In this document: in pieces, positions 40,455 through 49,478 of the stretch
Layout of the letters: the number at the start of each line of letters is the position of its first letter
Position numbering within the stretch: the stretch's first letter is position 1
Origin: Pseudomonadota bacterium
Lineage (GTDB): Bacteria > Pseudomonadota > Alphaproteobacteria > Rhodobacterales > Rhodobacteraceae
Reading direction: 5' to 3'
DNA: 64,000 nucleotides
Assembly (NCBI GenBank): GCA_038747015.1
Contig: JBCDKE010000007.1
Span: forward strand, 63 to 64,062
Notes under the pieces: model-generated
What the model was told of the DNA's origin: nothing
What the model saw: only the letters and a program-made list of their open reading frames with translations
Database searches by the model: none
Made by a program: the position numbers and the translations under genes

Positions 40455-41453
40455 CTAGTGAATGGCGGTTTCTGGCTGGTATGCACTGAAGTGAGAGTCG
40501 ATGGCTTCTGCTTCAAACTTTCGGAGCACTTTGAACTTTGTGACCGAATCGGCCGCGCTGGACTTTGCCAGTTCAGGGAAAAGTTCCAAAATCTCTGCCC
40601 GGACGGCTTCTGACATCTCGTCACCCACCGTGTCCCCCAAAAAGAACGATTCGGACCAAAGCCCCGCTACGTTGACCAGCTCATGCTGGTCGAACAACAG
40701 GTGGATGAACTCGACATCCAACGGACCCTCTTCGATGACGATGGTTGATCCGTTCACAAGGAAGCGCGCCGGAACAAGAAGCTCATTGGTCCCAAACAAG
40801 AGCTCCGATGCCGCCGCCGTAACCGCAACGCGGTGCTGCTGCGACACGCGTACATCTCGGGACGGCACGCCCGGACCTAGCGCGTCGGCCTTGATCCTCA
40901 CCGGGCGCAGATGCGGATTCATCCACACCTCTCGCGCCGTGAGCCGGCGGGTTCCAATCCACCTGACTTCCTTGGGCTCATCACCCGCAATGTTCACCAG
41001 ATCGCCTGGCTTCAGCGTCTCAATTGCAACGGCACCATTCGGCGTTTCGACCAAGGAACCCTTTGTAAAGCATACAAAATCTGGAAGATCGGTATAGTCT
41101 ACATCTGGCGCAGTAACGATGTTGTTGTTGGTACCGAAAATCGTGTCACCGACCTCAACTGACCCTTCGGTTACGAACATATAAAGGCTGCTGCTGAACT
41201 GGATCAGCGTGAACGTAACGGTATTACCGCCAGCGTCCGTGCCGGTGTACGTTTCAAAGGTTTGGAAAGTCTCGGAATCATTAACAAAATCCGCGGGCAA
41301 GTCCGTAGGTTCGAACTGGGTGGTGTTGTTGCCGTCACTAGCTTCCAACTGACCATCATCGTCGATGACTTCCACGAAGAACTCATCAGTAATGGTCACG
41401 TCAGCACTGCTGAGTGGGTCCAAGTTGAGCTCAAAAATCTGAAGTGTCGGCAC
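40455..41453 (-). CDS. Hint-domain (Hedgehog/intein-like, Hint_2) protein
   Basis: VCFTKGSLVETPNG, RPVRIKADALG, VSQQHR, HLLFDQHE...SESF; acidic N-terminus; visibly lower GC. Confidence 0.87.
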   Translation of the reverse strand: MPTLQIFELNLDPLSSADVTITDEFFVEVIDDDGQLEASDGNNTTQFEPTDLPADFVNDSETFQTFETYTGTDAGGNTVTFTLIQFSSSLYMFVTEGSVEVGDTIFGTNNNIVTAPDVDYTDLPDFVCFTKGSLVETPNGAVAIETLKPGDLVNIAGDEPKEVRWIGTRRLTAREVWMNPHLRPVRIKADALGPGVPSRDVRVSQQHRVAVTAAASELLFGTNELLVPARFLVNGSTIVIEEGPLDVEFIHLLFDQHELVNVAGLWSESFFLGDTVGDEMSEAVRAEILELFPELAKSSAADSVTKFKVLRKFEAEAIDSHFSAYQPETAIH

Positions 41454-41773
41454 TTTTCTTCGCCTCTTTTAACAGTACACAACCATTTACGCGTCCCGCA
41501 TACCCTCAAAAAGAGGCAAATACGTGACTATGCAACATCTTACGTTAGGCCCCCATATTCAATTAACAGAGGCTCAGCGCGGGGAAAAACCCTTGCCATG
41601 TTCTCACGACGTCACAATGACTCGAGCGAAATTTATCAGTCATAGTTAACGAAAACCGCATTCCAAAGGTTTAACTCCAGCAAACCAGCCATTCCCCAAT
41701 GCTCAACCTGTGGCCGTTCACCGAGGATGGCAAGCGACCAAACGGTGCTTAACCGATCAAAACAGGAAGAGGA

Positions 41774-42886
41774 TCAATAGGTCACCACCGATCTGATCGA
41801 CTTGCCTTCATGCATCAATTCAAAGGCCGTGTTGATGTCTTCGAGACCCATGGTGTGCGTGATCATCGGGTCGATCTCGATCTTCCCGTCCATGTACCAA
41901 TCCACGATCTTGGGCACATCTGTGCGACCCCGCGCCCCGCCAAAGGCGGTGCCGCGCCAGACACGCCCGGTGACCAGCTGGAAGGGCCGCGTGGCAATCT
42001 CGGCGCCCGCCGGGGCCACGCCGATGATGATCGATTCACCCCAGCCCTTATGGGCACATTCCAGCGCGTCGCGCATGACGTTCACGTTGCCCGTGGCATC
42101 GAAAGAGTAATCCGCGCCGCCACCGGTCAGCTCGACGAGATGGTCGACCAGCGACCCCTCAACGTCCTTGGGGTTCACGAAATCGGTCATGCCGAATGCC
42201 GTGGCCATGTTCACCTTGTTCGGGTTCAGGTCGACGCCCACGATCTGGTCACAGCCCGCGAGCCGCAGGCCCTGAATGACGTTCAAACCAATGCCGCCCA
42301 GACCAAAGACCACGCAGCGTGATCCAATCTCGACCTTGGCGGTGTTGATCACCGCACCAATGCCAGTCGTCACGCCGCAGCCGATATAGCAGATCTTGTC
42401 GAACGGCGCGTCCTTGCGCACCTTCGCCAGCGCGATCTCCGGCAGCACCGTGTGGTTCGCGAAAGTCGAACAGCCCATGTAATGCAGGATCGGCGTTCCA
42501 TCGAGCATCGAGAATCGCGAAGTACCGTCAGGCATCACACCCTGGCCCTGAGTGCTCCGAATAGCCTGGCACAGGTTCGTCTTGGGATTGAGGCAGTAAT
42601 CGCACTCCCGGCATTCCGGAGTATAGAGCGGGATCACGTGGTCGCCCGGCTTCAGAGAGGTCACACCCTCGCCCACTTCCATCACCACGCCCGCGCCCTC
42701 ATGGCCCAGGATCGCCGGGAACATGCCTTCAGGGTCCGCGCCCGACAGGGTGAACTCATCCGTGTGGCAAATCCCGGTAGCCTTCATCTCCACCAGCACC
42801 TCACCGGCCTTGGGGCCGTCGAGGTTCACTTCCATGATCTCCAGCGGTTTACCCGCCTCCATCGCAACGGCTGCACGGGTGCGCAT
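41774..42886 (-). CDS. frmA: S-(hydroxymethyl)glutathione dehydrogenase / class III alcohol dehydrogenase
   Basis: [35 protein letters not shown]. Confidence 0.96.
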   Translation of the reverse strand: MRTRAAVAMEAGKPLEIMEVNLDGPKAGEVLVEMKATGICHTDEFTLSGADPEGMFPAILGHEGAGVVMEVGEGVTSLKPGDHVIPLYTPECRECDYCLNPKTNLCQAIRSTQGQGVMPDGTSRFSMLDGTPILHYMGCSTFANHTVLPEIALAKVRKDAPFDKICYIGCGVTTGIGAVINTAKVEIGSRCVVFGLGGIGLNVIQGLRLAGCDQIVGVDLNPNKVNMATAFGMTDFVNPKDVEGSLVDHLVELTGGGADYSFDATGNVNVMRDALECAHKGWGESIIIGVAPAGAEIATRPFQLVTGRVWRGTAFGGARGRTDVPKIVDWYMDGKIEIDPMITHTMGLEDINTAFELMHEGKSIRSVVTY

Positions 42887-43120
42887 CGTGGCTTCCTCCC
42901 AAAAATTATTCCGGCAACCGTGGCTCAGCCCCGGTGTCATTGCAACGATTCTTGACGCGTGGCGTGGTGCGAAACCTCTGAAATCATTCGATAATGTTAT
43001 ACTATAACACCTTCTCCCGTGGCCGCACCCAAACCGCTGCACTCCGGCAAGGAGACTCCAGCCCGAACCGCTCTACCTGTCGTAAGGCAACGGTACATGA
43101 CCCATGCAGGGAGGATCGAA

Positions 43121-44452
43121 ATGGCCGCTATCATGACACGTTTGGGGGCCAGCGCCCTTGCCTTCGCGCTCGCTGTTTCACCCTTACAGGCGCAAACGGG
43201 TCCGCTCTCTGCGCAGGAATCAGACCCGAACGTGATGGGCTGGATGCAAGGCTTCCCGCCTGCCCCAGACAAACTGATCACCCAGCCGGACGCGAACTAT
43301 TTCAGCTTTCCAAAGCTGCGCTGGTCCGTCTGTCACCTGCGCGAATTCCTCCCGACCGAGGAAATCAGCCGCGGCCTCGGCGCGCCCATGGCGTTGGCCT
43401 ATCCGTCCCCTGCAGAGTTCGCCGACCTTCGCTCCGAAATCGACGCCCTGACCTTCACGCCCCTAAACGCCACCGACCCGATGACTTGGGAACAATCCCT
43501 CTTCGAGAATTACACCGACGGCATGCTGATCTTGCATCGGGGCGAGGTCGTCTATGAACGCTACTTCGGCTGCCTCGAGGAAGGCGGCAAACACGCGATC
43601 ATGTCGATGACCAAATCGATCACCGGGCTTCTCGCTGAAATCCTCGTGGCCGAGGGCGCGCTGGACGACACCCTCCTCGTCCGCGACATCATCCCCGAAA
43701 TCGGCACCAGCGCCTTCGCCACGGCCACCATCCGCGAGGTCATGGATATGACCACCGGCGTCAAATACTCCGAGGACTACTCGGACCCGAATGCCGATAT
43801 CTGGCTCTACTCCGCCGCCGCCAGCCCGCTGCCGAAACCGGTCGACTACAGCGGCCCCGACGGCTATTGGGAATACCTGCAAGAGGTCGCCCCCGACGGC
43901 GACCACGGCGCAGAGTTTCATTACAAAACCATCAATTCCGACATGCTGGGCTGGATTATCAGCCGGGTCACGGACACCGCCGTCACAGACCTTGCCTCCG
44001 AACGTTTATGGTCTCGCATGGGCGCCGAACAGGACGCCTACCAGACAGTCGACGGCAAGGGCGTGCCCTTCGCAGGTGGCGGCGTGACAGCCGGGCTGCG
44101 CGACCTCGGCAGGCTCGGCCAGCTATTGCTGGACGAGGGCATCGCGTCAGACGGCACCCGCCTCTTCCCTGCCGCCGTGGTGTCCAAGATCCGCGCGGGC
44201 GGCGACCAGTCGAAATTCGGCGGCTTCCCCACCATCGCAAACGGCAGCTACACCAGCCAGTTCTGGGTCTTCCATAACGACAATGGCGCATTTGCCGCAC
44301 GCGGGGTCCACGGTCAGACGATCTATGTCGACCCGACCGCCGACATGGTCCTCGTCAGGCTGGCCTCCTTCCCGCAGGCGCAAAATGGCTTCATCGATCC
44401 GACGTCGCTGCCCGCCTACCAGGCGGTGGCGGACTACCTGATGGACAGGTGA
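43121..44452 (+). CDS. Secreted serine hydrolase (NylB/beta-lactamase-like)
   Basis: Signal peptide, SMTKS (SxxK), FHYKT, ARGVHGQ. Confidence 0.85.
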   Translation: MAAIMTRLGASALAFALAVSPLQAQTGPLSAQESDPNVMGWMQGFPPAPDKLITQPDANYFSFPKLRWSVCHLREFLPTEEISRGLGAPMALAYPSPAEFADLRSEIDALTFTPLNATDPMTWEQSLFENYTDGMLILHRGEVVYERYFGCLEEGGKHAIMSMTKSITGLLAEILVAEGALDDTLLVRDIIPEIGTSAFATATIREVMDMTTGVKYSEDYSDPNADIWLYSAAASPLPKPVDYSGPDGYWEYLQEVAPDGDHGAEFHYKTINSDMLGWIISRVTDTAVTDLASERLWSRMGAEQDAYQTVDGKGVPFAGGGVTAGLRDLGRLGQLLLDEGIASDGTRLFPAAVVSKIRAGGDQSKFGGFPTIANGSYTSQFWVFHNDNGAFAARGVHGQTIYVDPTADMVLVRLASFPQAQNGFIDPTSLPAYQAVADYLMDR

Positions 44453-44467
44453 CCACCGGCCAGAGCT

Positions 44468-45559
44468 TCAGTTCCGCCTGAACGCCTTGCGATATTTCGG
44501 GATGAACAGCTCTTTGCCTTTCATCGACCGGGTGACCCAGTCGCCCAGGGTCGCGAAGATCCAGCTGTTGCCGATCTGCGGCCCCAGCGGCAGGAGGATC
44601 GGCGCCTTCTTCCACGGCGTGTAAGGCTTCTGATTCTCTACGCTCGCCCCGGCGATCACCTTCTTCAGGGTTTTGATCAGCCACGGGTTCTGCCGCGCGG
44701 TCGCGACAATGGTCATGCCGTCCCCGGTATCGGCCATGTCGCCGGCCACAAAGACATTTGGATAATCCGACGGGCGCAGCCACTTGTCCGTGGCGACACG
44801 CCCCGAGGCCCCGGTCACCGCACCCGGCAGGCCCGCCGCGAGCGAGGCTTCGGGCCTGGACCCAACCACTGGGAAAATTAGGTCAGCCGTAATCACGCGG
44901 CCATCCGCCAGCGTGACAGAGCCAGCATAGGGCCGATCCAGATGCTGCAAATCCTGCGCCCGCTGCCCGAGGACAACCTCGACGCCCGCACCCTCCAGCT
45001 TGCGCTTGAGGCTCGCGCCGAGCTTGGCCGGGTACATCGGAAAGAGCGTCGCCTCAGACGAGATCAGCGTGATGGTCTTGCCCGGCTGGGCGGCGGCAAT
45101 CTCACCGGCGAGCTCGGTCCCCACGGCACCTGCGCCTACGATGGCCACGGACTTGGCCTCGGCTAGTTGCGCGCTGACGGCGGTGCTCGCCGCGCGGAAA
45201 TCAGCGATGCTGGTGCCTGCTGGCTTGAACGGCGCGGCATAGCTCGACCCGGTCGCGATCACGATGAAATCCGCTGGGATCACCTCGCTGGTTTCCAAGG
45301 TGACCTCCGTCCCAGTGACCGATGCCGCACGCCCCCGCACAACCCGCCCTTCAGACAGCAGCTTGTCGTAAGGAAGGATGATCTGGTCCAGCAGCGCGGG
45401 CTCCACCAGCGCGCGGATCGCGGCGGGCGGCTGAACAAAGGCCTCGCGCTGTTCAATCAGCGTGACATCGGCATCGGCGTCCAGCGCCTGAGCGACCTCA
45501 AAGCCCACATAGCCCCCACCGACGATAACGATCTTTTTCTTGGCCACCCTATTCTCCAT
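44468..45559 (-). CDS. FAD/NAD(P)H oxidoreductase, AIFM2/FSP1(AMID)-like
   Basis: GGGYVG, IATGSSYAAPFK, GAGAVGTELAGEI, NVFVAGD, PLGP. Confidence 0.75.
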   Translation of the reverse strand: MENRVAKKKIVIVGGGYVGFEVAQALDADADVTLIEQREAFVQPPAAIRALVEPALLDQIILPYDKLLSEGRVVRGRAASVTGTEVTLETSEVIPADFIVIATGSSYAAPFKPAGTSIADFRAASTAVSAQLAEAKSVAIVGAGAVGTELAGEIAAAQPGKTITLISSEATLFPMYPAKLGASLKRKLEGAGVEVVLGQRAQDLQHLDRPYAGSVTLADGRVITADLIFPVVGSRPEASLAAGLPGAVTGASGRVATDKWLRPSDYPNVFVAGDMADTGDGMTIVATARQNPWLIKTLKKVIAGASVENQKPYTPWKKAPILLPLGPQIGNSWIFATLGDWVTRSMKGKELFIPKYRKAFRRN

Positions 45560-45599
45560 TGCCTTGAGCCCGTGTTGAACGGTAGCTAGAAATACACGC

Positions 45600-45614
45600 T
45601 ACTTGTGACAAGTA
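45600..45614. promoter_or_regulatory. HxlR/YodB-type operator TACT-N7-AGTA
   Basis: TACTTGTGACAAGTA palindrome between divergent genes. Confidence 0.6.
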
Positions 45615-45634
45615 CGGTCATTGAGGATACCGTT

Positions 45635-45979
45635 ATGAGCCAAGACGATTTACAAAGCCGCTGCCAGATCGAAGCGCTGATCTCGGCGATCTCGGGCCGG
45701 TGGAAGCTGTTGATCATCCACTGGCTGGCGCAGGGCAGCTGCCGGTTCAATCAGCTCCAGCGCCATCTGGGCAAGATCACCCACCGCACCCTGACGCGGC
45801 AGTTGACGGAATTGCAAGAAACCGGCCTCGTCGAGCGCAAGGATTTCAAAACCATTCCGCCCCATGTGGAATACAGCCTGACGCCCCTAGGCTACAGCCT
45901 GATCCCGCTGCTCGAACAGATGCACGCCTGGGCCGCGCAAAACGCGGACCAACTGCCCGCTCCGCAGAAACTGCCCTAG
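45635..45979 (+). CDS. HxlR/DUF24 winged-helix regulator
   Basis: N-terminal Cys (SRCQIE), ISGRWK, RFNQL, PPHVEYSLT. Confidence 0.9.
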   Translation: MSQDDLQSRCQIEALISAISGRWKLLIIHWLAQGSCRFNQLQRHLGKITHRTLTRQLTELQETGLVERKDFKTIPPHVEYSLTPLGYSLIPLLEQMHAWAAQNADQLPAPQKLP

Positions 45980-46019
45980 CCTGCTTGCACCCCGGCATCC
46001 CTCAGGCAATGCTGACCCC

Positions 46020-46304
46020 ATGAAATACCTCGCCCCCCTCCTCGCCGTCGCCACGCTCTGTGCCTGTGCCGTCACCGACAGCCCTTCGACCAGCGAGGCC
46101 GACGCCGCCGCGGGGGCCGCCTGCGGTGCCGACGAACTCCAGCGCCTCATCGGCCTCGGGCAGGAAGAACTCCTCAAAGAAGAAATCCTCGGCCCCGTGC
46201 GCACGATCCGCCCTGGCGATGCCGTTACCGCGGACTTTATGGCAAACCGCCTCAATATCGTCCTCGATGACACCAATACCGTCACGCGCGTGAACTGCGG
46301 CTAG
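46020..46304 (+). CDS. Peptidase inhibitor I78-family lipoprotein
   Basis: Lipobox LCAC, CGA, RTIRPGDAVTADF..RLN, VNCG. Confidence 0.87.
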   Translation: MKYLAPLLAVATLCACAVTDSPSTSEADAAAGAACGADELQRLIGLGQEELLKEEILGPVRTIRPGDAVTADFMANRLNIVLDDTNTVTRVNCG

Positions 46305-46340
46305 GGTCCCCTCGACTCCCCCGCCAGAATCACGCAATGT

Positions 46341-46355
46341 GAACAAATGGGGAAC
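46341..46355 (+). promoter_or_regulatory. Alphaproteobacterial LexA (SOS) box GAAC-N7-GAAC
   Basis: GAACAAATGGGGAAC abutting the imuB ATG. Confidence 0.8.
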
Positions 46356-48005
46356 ATGTTCGAAAAAACCGGCCGCCGCATCGTGGCTCTCTGGTTTCCG
46401 CGACTGGCGGCGGAACGGCTCCTGCGGCGCGCGCGGGGGACCATCACCGCCCCCTTCGCGGTGGTGCGCGAGACCGGCAATCTGCAAACGCTCGTGTCGC
46501 TCTCCGATGACGCGTCAGAGGCCGGCCTCTACGCCGGACAGCCCCTGCGCGATGCGCTGGCCATGTGCAGCACGCTCCTGACGGAAAAGGAAAACATACC
46601 CGCAGAGGCCGCCTTTCTCGGCCATCTGCAGCGCTGGGCCGGAAAGCTCTCCCCCTGGGTTTCCACCAGCGGGGCGGCAGGGCTCTTCATCGACCTCACC
46701 GGCTCTGCGCATCTCTTTGGCGGCGAGGACGGGGTGACCGAGATCGTGGAAAGCGACTGCGCCCGCTTCGGGCTCACCGTGCAACTGGGGATCGCCGACA
46801 CGCCGGGCGCTGCCTGGGCACTGGCGCGCTATGCCGGTCAGGGGCCCACCGCCACGCGCTCGGGCGACGCCATCGATCAGGAGGCCTACGCCACCCGCGC
46901 CCGCGCCGTGAAACGCCGCAACTGGGAAAAGGGCGGTGCCGCGCCCAAGATCGTCACCCTGCGCACCCGCCAGGCCCGCGTCGCCGCACCGGGCCAGACC
47001 CGACAGGCCATCGGGATGCTCCCCGTGGCCGCGCTCCGCTTGGCCGAAGAAACCGTGACCGAACTTAACCGCGTGGGCTTGCGCCGGATCGAGGACGTGC
47101 TCAACCAGCCCCGCGCGCCCCTCGTGCGCCGCTACGGGCAACTGCTGGGCCAAAGGCTGGATCAGGCACTGGGGCTGCTGAACGAACCGATCAGCCCGGC
47201 CAAACCGCCGCCGCGCTTTGCCTGCCGCATGACGCTGCCCGAACCCATCGGGCTCGAGGCGGATGTCGAAGAGGCCGTGAACCGGATGCTGCCCACGCTG
47301 GGCAAACGGCTCGCCGATGCCGGGCGCGGTGCCCGCAGGCTCAGGCTCGAGGCGCATCGCGCCGACGGCACCTCTCAGGCGATCGAGGTCGGCCTCGCCC
47401 GCCCCTCCGCGCTGCCCGACCGCATGCGCCCGCTGCTCAAGATGAAGATCCCCGAGATCGACGCAGGATACGGCATCGACCTGCTGCGCCTCACCGCCCC
47501 GGTGACCGAACCCGTGCGCCCCGAACAGCACCGCCACCTGCCCGGCGACGCACCGCCCGAGGCGCATTCCGACATCGACGACCTCATGGGGCGCATCGGC
47601 GCACGGATCGGGACTGACGCCGTCACCCGCCGCCACCCGGGCAATTCCCACATTCCCGAGAAAACCGCGCTCACGCTCACCGCGGCTTATTCGGACCCGG
47701 TCATGGACTGGCCCCGGGACCACCCGCCGCGCCCGCTGACGCTCTTTCCCGTGGAACTGGTCGACGCGCCCGAGACCCCCGCCATGCCTGCCCGTTTCAA
47801 ATGGCGCGGGCGCTGGTTCGACACCCACAGTGCGCGCGGCCCCGAACGCATCGCGCCGGAATGGTGGCTCGACGAACGCGCCTGGCGCACGGGCACGCGG
47901 GACTACTGGCACGTGGTCACGAAACAGGGCGAACGGCTCTGGCTCTACTTCGCCCATGGCGGCGCGCAGAGCGGCGGCTGGTTTTGCCAGGGACAGTTTG
48001 GATAG
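46356..48005 (+). CDS. imuB: ImuB, inactive Y-family polymerase of the mutasome
   Basis: RRIVALWFPRL, DLTGSAHLFGGE, GIADTPGAAWALAR, GPERIAPEWW, RDYW. Confidence 0.88.
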   Translation: MFEKTGRRIVALWFPRLAAERLLRRARGTITAPFAVVRETGNLQTLVSLSDDASEAGLYAGQPLRDALAMCSTLLTEKENIPAEAAFLGHLQRWAGKLSPWVSTSGAAGLFIDLTGSAHLFGGEDGVTEIVESDCARFGLTVQLGIADTPGAAWALARYAGQGPTATRSGDAIDQEAYATRARAVKRRNWEKGGAAPKIVTLRTRQARVAAPGQTRQAIGMLPVAALRLAEETVTELNRVGLRRIEDVLNQPRAPLVRRYGQLLGQRLDQALGLLNEPISPAKPPPRFACRMTLPEPIGLEADVEEAVNRMLPTLGKRLADAGRGARRLRLEAHRADGTSQAIEVGLARPSALPDRMRPLLKMKIPEIDAGYGIDLLRLTAPVTEPVRPEQHRHLPGDAPPEAHSDIDDLMGRIGARIGTDAVTRRHPGNSHIPEKTALTLTAAYSDPVMDWPRDHPPRPLTLFPVELVDAPETPAMPARFKWRGRWFDTHSARGPERIAPEWWLDERAWRTGTRDYWHVVTKQGERLWLYFAHGGAQSGGWFCQGQFG

Positions 48006-48033
48006 GACAGTTTGGATAGGGACAGTTCGGGTA
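47991..48033 (+). repeat. Triplicated 14-bp unit spanning the imuB stop
   Basis: GGACAGTTTGGATA twice, then GGACAGTTCGGGTA. Confidence 0.8.
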
Positions 48034-48294
48034 ACCCAGAAAGCACAAAGGGCCGGCTGCCCCCAGCCGACCCTTATCGCGCTCACCTCCCGAAGGAAGA
48101 AGCGCAGGCAAGACACCCCGAAGGTCGCCTTAGGTGGGGGCAGAAACGCAACCCCCAGGGTGCCTTGCGTTGCCCAACCCTTGTGACGCTGCCCCGCGGC
48201 AAAGGTTGGTCGGCGCCGTGAAACTTCACGGGCTATTTTTGGGCAAGAATTCGGCAGGCTTGATTTCGCGGCCGATCACGGCAACTCTGGAACC

Positions 48295-48627
48295 ATGAAC
48301 ATGCAGCCCGCACAGTTTCGCCTGCCCGAACAGGTCTCCTTCCACCGCACTGAACTCAGCCAGATCCTGTCGCTCTACGGGCGCATGGTCGCCGCCGGCG
48401 AATGGCGCGACTACGGGATCTCCTCGCTCAAGGAAGTAGCGGTATTTTCCGTGTTCCGGCGCACCGCCGAACACCCACTCTACCGCATCGAAAAGCGCCC
48501 CAAACTACGTGGCCGACAGGGCATGTACGCCGTCATCGGTGCCGAAGGTCAGGTGCTGAAACGCGGCCACGATCTCAAATCCGTGCTCCGCGTGCTGGAG
48601 CGCAAACTGATCCGCGCGGTCGAATAA
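48295..48627 (+). CDS. DUF2794-family protein
   Basis: ILSLYGRMVAAGEWRDY, PLYRIEKRP, LKRGHDL. Confidence 0.85.
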   Translation: MNMQPAQFRLPEQVSFHRTELSQILSLYGRMVAAGEWRDYGISSLKEVAVFSVFRRTAEHPLYRIEKRPKLRGRQGMYAVIGAEGQVLKRGHDLKSVLRVLERKLIRAVE

Positions 48628-48653
48628 GAAAACGCCCGGTGGCAACACCGGGC
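48626..48653 (-). terminator. Terminator hairpin between convergent genes
   Basis: GCCCGGTG-gcaa-CACCGGGC with an adjacent A-tract. Confidence 0.65.
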
Positions 48654-48662
48654 AGCACCCGT

Positions 48663-49478
48663 TCATCCCGGCCGCGCCACGCTGGTGACTTCGCCAAACT
48701 CTTTGGCCCCGATCCTCTCAATCGCTTCCGCCAAAGGCTCAATCGCCACCGCCATGTGATGGGCATTGGCATGGAGCAGCGTCTCCCCATCCAGCAAAAT
48801 CCCCACATGGCCCTTCCAGAACACCAGATCGCCCCGCTGATAGGGCTCGGTGGCCGCCGCAAACGCCGCCTCCTGCATGTCACTGTCGCGCGGACAGGCC
48901 CGCCCGTCTGTCTGCATCGCCAGCTGCACCAGCCCCGAACAGTCGATCCCAAAGGCGGTGTTCCCGCCCCATAGATACGGCGTCCCCAGAAATCGCTCCG
49001 CCACGGCGACCCAATCCTTTGTGACCAACGGTGCCACGTGCTGCGCGCAGACCCAACCGCCCGCGTGGAGCGCCAGATACCCGGGCTCCTCCGCCACCAC
49101 CGTCAGCCGCGCACCAAAGGGCAAAAGCGCCCCCTCCTGCGATTTGAAATCCGGCTGCGAATAGACATGAGCACCGCGCGCCGTGACCCGATGCGTCGGC
49201 TCCCGCGCGTCCCCCAGCACGGCCGCATCGAGGTAACCCACATAGCCGTCCGCCGGATCGCGCCCAAAGGCATATCCGCCCTCGATCTCCAGCACGTCGA
49301 AGGGCTGACCATAGACCAACTGCTTGTCGCGCCCCTCTCCGGGTTGGCGACACAGATCAGTGACCGGCACAGTTACACGCCGCGCCTCCGGTTCGGCCAG
49401 TGGCACATCCACCTGACCGGCGAGCTCGGCATGGGCCACGCGCCCATTGGCGGGCCAAAGACGCCGGTCCTGACTCAC
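48663..49478 (-). CDS. NlpC/P60 (C40) peptidase with SH3-like domains
   Basis: GTPYLWGG, DCSGLVQ, GDLVFWKGHVG; GTG start overlaps the peptidase stop. Confidence 0.9.
   Translation of the reverse strand: MSQDRRLWPANGRVAHAELAGQVDVPLAEPEARRVTVPVTDLCRQPGEGRDKQLVYGQPFDVLEIEGGYAFGRDPADGYVGYLDAAVLGDAREPTHRVTARGAHVYSQPDFKSQEGALLPFGARLTVVAEEPGYLALHAGGWVCAQHVAPLVTKDWVAVAERFLGTPYLWGGNTAFGIDCSGLVQLAMQTDGRACPRDSDMQEAAFAAATEPYQRGDLVFWKGHVGILLDGETLLHANAHHMAVAIEPLAEAIERIGAKEFGEVTSVARPG

Noticed and set aside
47991-48033. Possible mini-CRISPR array
   Set aside because: The units are 14 bp and abut without spacers; there are no cas genes.
46515-48116. Long antisense ORFs (also 27357-28859, 21073-22263, 25636-26763, 5359-6408)
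   Set aside because: Typical stop-poor antisense shadows of high-GC genes with no recognisable domains.
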